The notes under the pieces: model-generated | Told to the model about the DNA's origin: nothing | What the model saw: the letters and a program-made list of their open reading frames with translations, nothing else | Database searches by the model: none | Translations under genes and position numbers: made by a program | Assembly: GCA_017471365.1 (NCBI GenBank) | Contig: JAFUUC010000003.1 | Span: 1-57,389 of the forward strand | From: a bacterium | GTDB taxonomy: Bacteria; Cyanobacteriota; Vampirovibrionia; Gastranaerophilales; Gastranaerophilaceae | Direction: 5' to 3' | Length of the DNA: 57,389 nucleotides | Shown here: positions 24,715 to 33,601 of the stretch, one piece after another | Layout of the letters: each line of letters begins with the position of its first letter | Numbering within the stretch: the stretch's first letter is position 1

Positions 24715-25819
24715 CAAAAGATATTTTATAACCGGGGGTGGAACAGGAGGTCATATTTATCCTGCCGTGGCTGTTGCTGAAGAATTACTCCATCAACCAA
24801 ATACAGAACAAATATTCTATGTTGGTAATCCAAACAACTTGGAAGCTTCTATTGTTAAAGACAAAGGGTTTAAATTTTTACCGGTTATTTCTGCCGGAAT
24901 GCCGAGAAAAATCGGATTTAGGCTCATAAAATGGGCTTTTGAAATGTTTTTTGCGTGGATCAAGTGCTGCAAGTATATAAAAGAATATAAACCTGACGTG
25001 ATATTTGGAACCGGGGGTTATGTCTCTGCACCGGTAATGCTTGCAGGTATAACTATGAAAATCCCGTTTGTAATGCACGATTGCGATGCGAACCCGGGGC
25101 TGGTAACAAGGAAACTAGCACCATTTGCAAAAAGTGTATCTATTGCTTTTGAAGCCGCAAGGGATAAAATTAACAACCCTAATTGTTTTGTAAACGGAAA
25201 TCCGATAAGACGAGAATTTAACCAAATTTCTAAAATCAAAGCTTTACAAAATCTTGATTTAGAAGATAAATTAACCATTTGCATTATGGGCGGATCGCAA
25301 GGAGCAAGACGTATCAACACTGCGGCAACAAGAATTTTGGAGCATCTATCCAAAAATCTTAATTTGCAAGTAATTTTTCAAACAGGCAAAAAGAATTTCG
25401 ATGAAGTTGTACATGAACTTGAAGGTATTTACCCTAATTACAAACATGACAAGAATATTTTAATTAAACCGTACTTTGACAACATGCCGGAAGTTTTAAA
25501 AGCTTCTGATATAGCCGTTTCTAGAGCAGGATCTTTAAGTATATCCGAGTTATGTGCAAGTTCAATCGCAACCATATATATACCATACCCTTACGCCGCA
25601 GCTGATCATCAAAGAAAAAATGCTAAATATATGGTAGAAAAGGGAGCCGGATTATATCTTGAAGACGAAGATACTTGTCCTCAAACTTTGTATAAATTAA
25701 TAGAGGATCTCGTAAACAATCCTGGACAACTCAGCCAAATTAGAACTTCTGCCACTAAATTAGCAAAATTTGATGGATCTGAAAAAATTGCACAGCTTGT
25801 TATTGATTGTGCGAAGTAA
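24707..25819 (+). CDS. murG: undecaprenyldiphospho-muramoylpentapeptide beta-N-acetylglucosaminyltransferase
   Basis: ITGGGTGGHIYPAVAVAE and C-terminal GT28 motifs. Confidence 0.95.
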   Translation: MSNKRYFITGGGTGGHIYPAVAVAEELLHQPNTEQIFYVGNPNNLEASIVKDKGFKFLPVISAGMPRKIGFRLIKWAFEMFFAWIKCCKYIKEYKPDVIFGTGGYVSAPVMLAGITMKIPFVMHDCDANPGLVTRKLAPFAKSVSIAFEAARDKINNPNCFVNGNPIRREFNQISKIKALQNLDLEDKLTICIMGGSQGARRINTAATRILEHLSKNLNLQVIFQTGKKNFDEVVHELEGIYPNYKHDKNILIKPYFDNMPEVLKASDIAVSRAGSLSISELCASSIATIYIPYPYAAADHQRKNAKYMVEKGAGLYLEDEDTCPQTLYKLIEDLVNNPGQLSQIRTSATKLAKFDGSEKIAQLVIDCAK

Positions 25820-28622
25820 GACTATTTAAATATTTTTCATTGGCATTTAATGCATCTTTAGTTGCCGAAATTGAATAAATCGGTTCAGATGAAAATACGT
25901 ATTTAGCTGCATTTAAAATATCATCAGGGGTAATTTTATCAATAAGTTCCAACTCTTGATTTATGAAATTTACACCATATGCACTTCCAACACCTGCGAG
26001 CAAAACAGCATTTTTATCATCATTCATTTCAAAGTTAGACAAAATTTCAGATTTTATAGTTTTCTTTGCACGATTCAACTCATCTTCTGAAACCTTTTCT
26101 GTCGTAATTTTTTTGATATTTTCATTAAATCCTTTTATAGATTTTTGAATATTATCATAAGAATTTTTACCGGTTTCAGCATTATTAGTTGTAGTTTCGA
26201 TATTTAAACTGAAAACACCTATATCATTTACAGTCAAATACTCTGAAGAAACCGCATAACAAAGATGTCGCTGCTCTCTCAAATCATTAAACAATCTTGA
26301 GGAAGGTCCGTCACCTAAAATTGTATTTAATAAAGAGAAACAGAGATTATCTTTTATATTTCCGTTTTGTTTAAATTTAAATCCTTCAATAACTTCTGCT
26401 TGATTGCGTTTAGTTTCAACTGTATGTACTTTTGTTTCTTTAATTGGCTCAAAACTATTAAATAAATTTACGTCCTTATGTTTTACCGGATTAAAAGAAG
26501 CAACATGCCTGAAAACTTCCTGTTTCAATTCAGGATGTTTACTAAACGGTCCTGTTACAACCACACGTCCTTGAGCATTTGCAAAAATATTATTATAAGC
26601 TTGTTTCACATCTTCAAAAGTTATCTGTGAAAGACTTTCCAATTTTTCTTCCGTTGTTGCGGACAATTCAGTGTTTTTAAAAATTTCCTTGTTAAATTTT
26701 TCATAAGCGGAAGGTTCATTTGTAAGATAATTCACTGAACAGCGTTTTATGGCGGAATCGAACAATTCTTTCGACAATTCCGGAGCCTGAATTTTTTCTC
26801 TTAAAATGTCTAAACTTTGAGTAGCATTATTTGTAGGAAAATCACCTGACAATATAAGAGCATCGGATCCGGCATATAAACCTACATCAATACCATATTT
26901 ATCATACAACGCATCAATCGTATCTTTTGGTTTATACATAGTTCCGTTTTGAAGCATGTCATTCAAAACATCTACCACAGCAGCTTTTTGAGGTGTATAA
27001 ACATTCGTGTCAAGCAAAAATGAGTAATTTACAACATCGGAATCTTCATCCTGCAAAACTATACTAAAGTTATTGGACATTTTGTATTCCGTAACTTTTT
27101 TCAAATCAAGTGGAACCTTTTTATTCAAACCCGTAAATGAAATTTCTCCGACTTTTGTGGCATTATAATTGTTTTTAACAGAATTTTCGTCCGTTCCCGA
27201 TGGATGAACGACTGTCAACGCAACTTTATTCAGATCGAAATACTTTTTAGCCGTTTCAACAAAGTCTTGATACGTCATATTATCTAGGGTTAAATCATAA
27301 TTCGTAAGAGCATCCGGGGTTCCGTTCAGAAAGTTCATGCCTAAATGATGATTTAATGCTGACGAAGATTGCATAAAAGTCGAATTTGATTTTTTAATTT
27401 GATTTTTTATCGCTTCAAATTCATCGGGAGTCGGCGGGTTTGTTCCAAGAGACTGTATAACTGAATACAACTCCTTTAACAACGGTTCTACATTATCTTC
27501 CGACACAGAAGCAGATATTATTTTAGCAGTTTTATCACTGGTACGCGTTCCGAGTCGCTCTGTGGTAATATCAATACTTGTTGAATAATTCTTTTCGATA
27601 TTTTTCACTCTTGAATTTGCAAGCCCGGTAAAAAGGTAACCTACTGCACGCAAATAAATTTTATCCTTCAAATTGGAATTTTCAGGTCCTGCAAAACCTA
27701 AATATATTTCAGCCGCACCCTCTTTTTTATTAGAAATTATATCCTGACGAATCGGTTCTGTTATCGGAGTCATTTTTTCATAATGCCGATTTTGTGCCTG
27801 TTTTGTCGAAGTAAAATATTTTGAAACAAGAGAAATTGCTTCATTTGGTTCAACTTCACCCGTTATTACGGTAACCATATTTGCAGGATAATAATTGTTA
27901 TTAAAGTAATTAACTACATCTTCTCTTGTTAAAGCATCAATATTATCTGTTGAACCCGCAACAAGATCCGGAGAAGATGATTTTATATTAAATAAATTTT
28001 TCAACGTAATAGACTCTGCCCGGCTCGATTCATCAGAAAGACAGCGGTTAATTTCAGAATCGACAATATTTTTTTCTTTTTCAAGTTTCTCCTCTAAAAA
28101 TTTTGGAGATTGAAGCATACCGGCGTGAAGTTGTATTTCATTTTCTAAATCACCATCATCCAAAAGTTGCGAAGAAATATAATAATCAGTAACAGAAAAA
28201 GACGTTGAAGCATTCGTAAATGCCCCCATTTTATTAACTTCATCAAAAAATACCTTGTCTCCAAGATCTTCAGATCCGTTAAACAAATTATGTTCAATAT
28301 AATGACTAATACCGCGTAAATTGTCCGGCTCATTAAAAGATCCCGTATTTACATACGTTTTTACAACAGTAGCACCATCTTTTGGAACAATAACCACCCG
28401 TTGTCCGTTTGCGAGTTTGTAACAATGAGCCGTCAAGTCGTTGGGCAACTTGATCTCACCATCAAATCTGTAACTTATAGGAGCTTTCACACCATAATCC
28501 GGTGTAATATCAGCAATTTTATCGACTTCTGACTTATTAACTGCAACCTGAGATTGCCCTAAAAAAGATCTGCTGCCGCCTGATATAACATTCTTGTATA
28601 CTGAAATAGGATTAATATTCAT
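25800..28622 (-). CDS. M16 (insulinase/pitrilysin) family metallopeptidase, double-length
   Basis: 940 aa with an HxxEH zinc motif (HYIEH) near the N-terminus and a second, inactive-like M16 half. Confidence 0.85.
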   Translation of the reverse strand: MNINPISVYKNVISGGSRSFLGQSQVAVNKSEVDKIADITPDYGVKAPISYRFDGEIKLPNDLTAHCYKLANGQRVVIVPKDGATVVKTYVNTGSFNEPDNLRGISHYIEHNLFNGSEDLGDKVFFDEVNKMGAFTNASTSFSVTDYYISSQLLDDGDLENEIQLHAGMLQSPKFLEEKLEKEKNIVDSEINRCLSDESSRAESITLKNLFNIKSSSPDLVAGSTDNIDALTREDVVNYFNNNYYPANMVTVITGEVEPNEAISLVSKYFTSTKQAQNRHYEKMTPITEPIRQDIISNKKEGAAEIYLGFAGPENSNLKDKIYLRAVGYLFTGLANSRVKNIEKNYSTSIDITTERLGTRTSDKTAKIISASVSEDNVEPLLKELYSVIQSLGTNPPTPDEFEAIKNQIKKSNSTFMQSSSALNHHLGMNFLNGTPDALTNYDLTLDNMTYQDFVETAKKYFDLNKVALTVVHPSGTDENSVKNNYNATKVGEISFTGLNKKVPLDLKKVTEYKMSNNFSIVLQDEDSDVVNYSFLLDTNVYTPQKAAVVDVLNDMLQNGTMYKPKDTIDALYDKYGIDVGLYAGSDALILSGDFPTNNATQSLDILREKIQAPELSKELFDSAIKRCSVNYLTNEPSAYEKFNKEIFKNTELSATTEEKLESLSQITFEDVKQAYNNIFANAQGRVVVTGPFSKHPELKQEVFRHVASFNPVKHKDVNLFNSFEPIKETKVHTVETKRNQAEVIEGFKFKQNGNIKDNLCFSLLNTILGDGPSSRLFNDLREQRHLCYAVSSEYLTVNDIGVFSLNIETTTNNAETGKNSYDNIQKSIKGFNENIKKITTEKVSEDELNRAKKTIKSEILSNFEMNDDKNAVLLAGVGSAYGVNFINQELELIDKITPDDILNAAKYVFSSEPIYSISATKDALNANEKYLNSLTSHNQ

Positions 28623-28690
28623 GCAAAAATTCTACCTGTTTATATAAAAACAATTTTACGAAATTTATTGCCATTTATGTTACAAAAATG

Positions 28691-29971
28691 TTACTTAAAA
28701 ATAGTCTGTTCCCTATCCGGTCCAACCGAAACTATTGATATCGGAGTCTCCAAAATTTCTTCCAAGCGTTCTAAATATTTTCTTGCATTCGCCGGAAGAT
28801 CTTCATACTTACGCACTCCGGTAATGTCTTCTCCCCAACCTTTGTGCGTTTCATAAACAGGTGTCAAATATTTATGTATATAAACATCTGTCGGATATGA
28901 AGTGTAAATCTTACCGTCACGAATATCTTTATATGCAGTACAAACCTTGATTTCTTCAAAATTATCAAATACATCAATCTTTGTTAGTGCAATTGAAGTC
29001 AAACCTCCGACTAAGCAAGCATACTTCATCGTCACCGCATCAAACCAGCCGCAACGACGAGGACGACCCGTCGTTACTCCAAATTCATGCCCAATTTCAC
29101 GAATCTTATCTCCTGTTTCATCCGTTAATTCAGTAACAAATGGACCCTCCCCAACACGCGTTACATAAGCCTTTGCAACACCAATAACCTCATCAATCAT
29201 TCTCGGTCCGTAGCCTGAACCGGTTGCAGCACCACCACCAACCGGGTTTGAACTCGTTACAAAAGGATAAGTTCCAAAATCAACATCCAACATTACCCCT
29301 TGAGCTCCTTCAAATAAAACTTTTTTTCCCTCTCGTTTAAAATTTTGTAACATTTCTTGCCACTCAAAACAAACATAAGGTTCAAAAATTTTGGCGTATT
29401 TTCTACATAACTCAAGAACTTCTTCTTTCATATACGTTTTCAAGCCGTAAAGTTCTTTTAATTGTTTATTTTTTAAAGGTAAAATTACGTCTAATTTTTC
29501 ATTAAGAGCCTCCGGAGAGTATAAATCACCTATTTTTAAAGCAATGCGAGCCATCTTATCAGTATAAGTAGGTCCGATACCTTTCTTGGTTGTACCAATT
29601 TTACCTTTTGAAGCATTATCCTCACTATATCCGTCAACTTCGGTATGCCAAGGCATAGTTATTGTCGCGAGCGGTGAAACCTTCAACCCGGAAATATCAA
29701 TATTCTCTTTTTTCAATCCTTCAATTTCTTGTTCAAAATATTCAGGCAAAATTACCGTTCCGTTACCAATAAGGCAAGTTTTACCATTATATAAAATACC
29801 CGACGGGATTAGGTGAAATTTAAAAGTTTTACCATGAGCAACAACAGTGTGACCTGCGTTACATCCCCCCTGATATCTGATAATTAAATCTGCATTTTGA
29901 GCTAAAAGATCCGTAATTTTAGCTTTTCCCTCGTCTCCCCACTGAGCACCAATAACAACTTTATTTGACAT
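28691..29971 (-). CDS. purA: adenylosuccinate synthase
   Basis: GAQWGDEGKAKITD, GTTKKGIGPTY and length. Confidence 0.95.
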   Translation of the reverse strand: MSNKVVIGAQWGDEGKAKITDLLAQNADLIIRYQGGCNAGHTVVAHGKTFKFHLIPSGILYNGKTCLIGNGTVILPEYFEQEIEGLKKENIDISGLKVSPLATITMPWHTEVDGYSEDNASKGKIGTTKKGIGPTYTDKMARIALKIGDLYSPEALNEKLDVILPLKNKQLKELYGLKTYMKEEVLELCRKYAKIFEPYVCFEWQEMLQNFKREGKKVLFEGAQGVMLDVDFGTYPFVTSSNPVGGGAATGSGYGPRMIDEVIGVAKAYVTRVGEGPFVTELTDETGDKIREIGHEFGVTTGRPRRCGWFDAVTMKYACLVGGLTSIALTKIDVFDNFEEIKVCTAYKDIRDGKIYTSYPTDVYIHKYLTPVYETHKGWGEDITGVRKYEDLPANARKYLERLEEILETPISIVSVGPDREQTIFK

Positions 29972-30057
29972 AATATATCCCTCTTTATTTATCGGTATAA
30001 CAAACCCGACCTACAACTATATAAATATTTTAGCACAAAAAGCCCTAACGGGACAGC

Positions 30058-30124
30058 ACCCTCCCGAATTTCATTTGCTCATAAATTCGCAAAGAAATTC
30101 AACCCTCCCTCATAAGGGAGGGAA
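30058..30124. repeat. solo copy of the G-rich composite palindromic element that flanks the DUF559 gene
   Basis: CCCTCCCGAATTTC - 21 nt - GAAATTCAACCCTCCC - tcataa - GGGAGGG, the same architecture as 9801..9872. Confidence 0.7.
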
Positions 30125-30134
30125 TGTTAAATGA

Positions 30135-30177
30135 TGATAAAGAAAAGACCCGCAAGCAAGAAAGGTGCTTGCGGGTC
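30135..30177 (-). terminator. intrinsic terminator for the minus-strand pilin gene
   Basis: GACCCGCAAGCA-7 nt-TGCTTGCGGGTC, followed on the minus strand by TTTTCTTT. Confidence 0.75.
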
Positions 30178-30228
30178 AATAATGTAAAGCGTATCAGGTC
30201 GGATTCGGTCACGACCCGATGTTCCCTT

Positions 30229-30293
30229 TGTCACCCTGAACTCGTTTCTGTGTCTCCTGAAATAGGAGATTTTGTAACAAGTCCGGAATGACA
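30229..30293. repeat. MITE-like palindromic element, TGTCAYCCTGAAC family
   Basis: The ends TGTCACCCTGAAC and GTCCGGAATGACA form imperfect inverted termini, with an internal CTCCTGAAATAGGAG hairpin. Confidence 0.65.
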
Positions 30294-30298
30294 AAATA

Positions 30299-31018
30299 TT
30301 ATTTTGATGTTGTCAAAACATATCTTGCAGCTGCTGTTGCAGGCTCAACTGTTGAATCAAAAAAGATTACAGGATAAATATCTGACATGTGAGCCGCATC
30401 ATTTGGAACTGTGCAGTTAGCAGCCTGAGCATCGTCATCCGAACAAGAAACTTCTCTGTTAGGTAATGTTGTACCATTTACATCAATATATCCATAGCAA
30501 GGAGAAGTTCTAGTACATGAAACAGAATCATCAGGGAATACAAACATTGAACCATCAGCTAAGCTAATAGCATGACCTGTAGGTGCACCATTCGCAGCCA
30601 TTGCAGTGCCAGCTTTAGTAGTAACAATCCCGGTGTTAGTAGCAATAGTAATTCTATAATCACCCTTTGTATTTGTTAAATCTGAAACATCTTCTTCATA
30701 TGTTGCACCTGAAAGCACATCATGGAATATAGCACACAATGTAGGATCAGAATCAGCTGTTTGACCCCAGTGGGTACGTTTAGCTTCTCCCATTTCATCA
30801 CTACATTTAGATGTAGCATCACTGTAGTTCACGTCATATTGAGCCTGACCCATTAATGCAGCTTGATTCAATGTTGACAATGCCTTTTTGTACTGTGATC
30901 TAAATTTTGCAGAGTTTGTGTTCGCAATCAATGTCGGAATCGTCATTGCCGCAACTACACCAATGATACCCAATGTGATCAATACTTCTGCCAAAGTAAA
31001 ACCGTGTCTTTTTGTCAT
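30299..31018 (-). CDS. prepilin-type N-terminal cleavage/methylation domain protein (paralogue of 10581..11294)
   Basis: MTKRHG|FTLAEVLITLGIIGVVAA. The start is set at 31018 because the 23 nt upstream (AAAAAAAGAAAGGTGAAAAGATT) are identical to the RBS region of the paralogue. The track's start at 31048 is an extension. Confidence 0.85.
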   Translation of the reverse strand: MTKRHGFTLAEVLITLGIIGVVAAMTIPTLIANTNSAKFRSQYKKALSTLNQAALMGQAQYDVNYSDATSKCSDEMGEAKRTHWGQTADSDPTLCAIFHDVLSGATYEEDVSDLTNTKGDYRITIATNTGIVTTKAGTAMAANGAPTGHAISLADGSMFVFPDDSVSCTRTSPCYGYIDVNGTTLPNREVSCSDDDAQAANCTVPNDAAHMSDIYPVIFFDSTVEPATAAARYVLTTSK

Positions 31019-31115
31019 AATCTTTTCACCTTTCTTTTTTTCATACAACTATAACTTCCCATAAGAACCAGAAAACAATATTACACCTCTGTCTCTTATA
31101 TAGAATTATATAATT

Positions 31116-31144
31116 ATTATACCCTATGAATAGAATTTTGTCAA
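31116..31144 (-). promoter_or_regulatory. near-consensus sigma70 promoter for the pilin gene
   Basis: The minus strand reads TTGACA (31144-31139), a 17-nt spacer, then TATAAT (31121-31116). Confidence 0.65.
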
Positions 31145-31231
31145 TCCCCTAGACATAAAAAAACAAAAATTATGTCTATCAGATAGTTAATATAGTGCTA
31201 TAAAACAGTCATTATAAGGGCGGAGAGGGAT

Positions 31232-31534
31232 ATGATTTTAAAAAAGGAACTTGGTAAAAAAATCCAAGAGATAAGGAAACAAAGAAAATTAACGCAAGAA
31301 AAATTTGCAGAACTTGTGGGAATTGATCCTAAAAACGTTAGCAAAATTGAAACGGGTTTAAATTATCCTTCGTCAGAAACAATTATAGCGATTGCAAGGG
31401 TTCTTAACGTAGAAATATATGAGTTGTTTGTTTTTAACGATATTCCATACGAACAAATGAAACAAGAAATTATAGATTCATTAAGCAGTGAAAAGAACGT
31501 TTTGCAATTATACAAACATCTAAAGGGTCTCTAG
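31232..31534 (+). CDS. XRE-family helix-turn-helix transcriptional regulator
   Basis: LGKKIQEIRKQRKLTQEKFAELVGIDPKNVSKIETGLNYPSSETIIAIARVLNVEIYELF. Confidence 0.85.
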   Translation: MILKKELGKKIQEIRKQRKLTQEKFAELVGIDPKNVSKIETGLNYPSSETIIAIARVLNVEIYELFVFNDIPYEQMKQEIIDSLSSEKNVLQLYKHLKGL

Positions 31535-32518
31535 ATACCCTTCCAAAACCTCAAACACATCACCCACTATTCCGGTATCTGCTATTTCAAAAATTTGGGC
31601 ATTCTCATCGTTATTTATTGCGACGATATGTTCAGAGTTTTCCATTCCGACGGTATGCTGAATAGCACCGGAAATTCCGCAGGCAATATATAATTTAGGA
31701 CTGACTGTTTTTCCGGTCTGACCTATTTGAACGGACTGTGGTGCAAGACCAGCTTCTACGGCAGCACGAGTCGCTGCGACAGTTCCACCAACTTTATCCG
31801 CAAAGCGTTTCAAAAGTTCGAATCCTTTTGAATTTTTTAGACCCATACCACCGGCAACAATAATATCTGCACTATCAAGTTCATTAATCTGATTTTCAAG
31901 AGTTTGTTTAAAATTCATAATCTGAACATGATTTTCTACCCCATTCAAATCCACCGGACAATTGATAAACTCTGTTTCCACCCTTTCTTCAACAGAACGA
32001 ACCTTAAAAACACCCGGTCGCACAGTAGCCATTTGAGGATAAGTTTTACATAAAATAGTTGCCATCAATTGCCCGCCAAAAGTTGGACGAGTTGCCGCAA
32101 GTTGTCCTTTTTCATTGATATCAAGGTCAATACAATCAGCAGTAAGACCGGTATGAAGCATACTCGAAATTCTCGGAGCAAAATCTCTGCCTTCATTTGT
32201 AGCACCAATTAGAACTATTTCCGGGCAAGTTTGGTTTACAACATCCACAAAGAGTTTTGAATAATACTCGGTTGAATAATTCTCAAGGCACTTATCTTCA
32301 AAATAAAAAACCTTGTTAACTCCCATATTACAAAAGGCTTCTTTCAAACCGGCAATAATATTAGGAGCCGTAAACAAAACAGCATTAACTTCAACTCCGC
32401 CAAGTTTTTTAGCGAGTTCTCTTGCCTTATCTACAAGTTCAAAGAATACTGTGTGGATATAGTTTTCGCGTGTTATCTGTGCGTATAACAAAATACCTGA
32501 ATTAGTTTCGTTCGGCAT
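31520..32518 (-). CDS. etfA: electron transfer flavoprotein subunit alpha
   Basis: C-terminal FAD-binding region (PKLYIACGISGAIQHTVGM) and position downstream of etfB. Confidence 0.9.
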   Translation of the reverse strand: MPNETNSGILLYAQITRENYIHTVFFELVDKARELAKKLGGVEVNAVLFTAPNIIAGLKEAFCNMGVNKVFYFEDKCLENYSTEYYSKLFVDVVNQTCPEIVLIGATNEGRDFAPRISSMLHTGLTADCIDLDINEKGQLAATRPTFGGQLMATILCKTYPQMATVRPGVFKVRSVEERVETEFINCPVDLNGVENHVQIMNFKQTLENQINELDSADIIVAGGMGLKNSKGFELLKRFADKVGGTVAATRAAVEAGLAPQSVQIGQTGKTVSPKLYIACGISGAIQHTVGMENSEHIVAINNDENAQIFEIADTGIVGDVFEVLEGYLETL

Positions 32519-32543
32519 GGTTACCTCAATTTAACTTTCCTAT

Positions 32544-32618
32544 TGTCACCCTGAATTTATTTCAGCGTCTTATTTACTATAATAAAACATTAGATCCTGA
32601 AACGAGTTCAGGATGACA
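32544..32618. repeat. 75-bp MITE-like element (TGTCAYCCTGAAC family) in the etfB-etfA intergenic spacer
   Basis: The left end is TGTCACCCTGAATTTATTTCAGCGTC. The reverse complement of the right end is TGTCATCCTGAACTCGTTTCAGGATC. The core is AT-rich. Confidence 0.75.
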
Positions 32619-32629
32619 TTAATATAATA

Positions 32630-33415
32630 TTATAAAACAGAATTTATTTTCTCCCTTAATAAATTTACACTCTCGTCAACACTCAATTTAAACTTCTGAG
32701 CGTTATGTTTAGAAATTTTGCGAAAAGCTTTGCTTACATAGGTCGGAGAACCTTTCAAACCACATTTTTCAGGTTCCAATCCGATATCTTCCATTGTACA
32801 AACTCGAATTTCTTTTTTATCTGCCGCGATAATTCCATTGATAGTCGCACGACGCGGCTCAAAAGTGTCTTGTAAAATACAAACAAGTGACGGATAAGAA
32901 ACCCTAACGGTTTCTACGCCGTCCTCAAGCTCGCGATTGAGTGTCAAAAACTTTTCATTTGCATCAATAAATTTCTGAACAAAAGTTACTTGCGGAATAT
33001 TCAAAAATGAAGCAATACAAGGACCGGTTTGAGCCGTATCCCCATCCACAGCGAATTGTCCGCATACTACCAAATCAAAATCAGGCAAGACATTTTTTAT
33101 AGCAGCAGCAATAGTTTTACCTGTTGAATACGTATCCGCACCTGCAAATTTTCTGTCAGAAATTAACACTGCATTATCACAACCCAGTGCAAGAAGTTTT
33201 CTCAACATACTTTCTGCCTGGTTTGGTCCCATAGAAAACACCGTAATTTCTGCATCTTTCAATTCAGCTTTGAGTTTCAAGGCAAATTCCGTAGCATAGA
33301 CGTCGTACGGATTGATAATACTCTCAACCCCTTCTCTTTGAATGGTATTGTTTTCCGTCCACTTAATATCAGAGGTATCCGGAACTTGTTTTACACACAA
33401 TGCAATTTTTAACAT
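32630..33415 (-). CDS. etfB: electron transfer flavoprotein subunit beta
   Basis: MLKIALCVKQVPDTSDIKW... and length. Confidence 0.9.
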   Translation of the reverse strand: MLKIALCVKQVPDTSDIKWTENNTIQREGVESIINPYDVYATEFALKLKAELKDAEITVFSMGPNQAESMLRKLLALGCDNAVLISDRKFAGADTYSTGKTIAAAIKNVLPDFDLVVCGQFAVDGDTAQTGPCIASFLNIPQVTFVQKFIDANEKFLTLNRELEDGVETVRVSYPSLVCILQDTFEPRRATINGIIAADKKEIRVCTMEDIGLEPEKCGLKGSPTYVSKAFRKISKHNAQKFKLSVDESVNLLREKINSVL

Positions 33416-33418
33416 AAA

Positions 33419-33601
33419 TTATCGTTGAACCTGTTTAGCTTTTTGTTTTTCGTTAGCACTGAGCAATGCATCATACGCAAGTAAGTACACAGAACATTTT
33501 TTTACACTCGGTACATACCATGCACATTTGTCTAAACTACAAGCCATGTCAATCCCCGTGTTGATACTAGTCAACGGGCATACCGGAATTTCATTTCTCA
33601 T
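33419..33601 (-). CDS. small four-cysteine protein of unknown function
   Basis: 60 aa with Cys at positions 8, 21, 26 and 36. A GGGGGT RBS is present. It overlaps the upstream gene by 11 nt and lies 3 nt from etfB. Confidence 0.6.
   Translation of the reverse strand: MRNEIPVCPLTSINTGIDMACSLDKCAWYVPSVKKCSVYLLAYDALLSANEKQKAKQVQR

Noticed and set aside
25800-28622. Shared N-terminal export signal among large proteins lacking Sec signal peptides (MNINPISVY.. in M16, MTKISNNQPISE.. in the calpain-like protein, and others)
   Set aside because: The similarity is limited to a few residues (N/Q-P-I-S), and it is too weak to claim without statistics.
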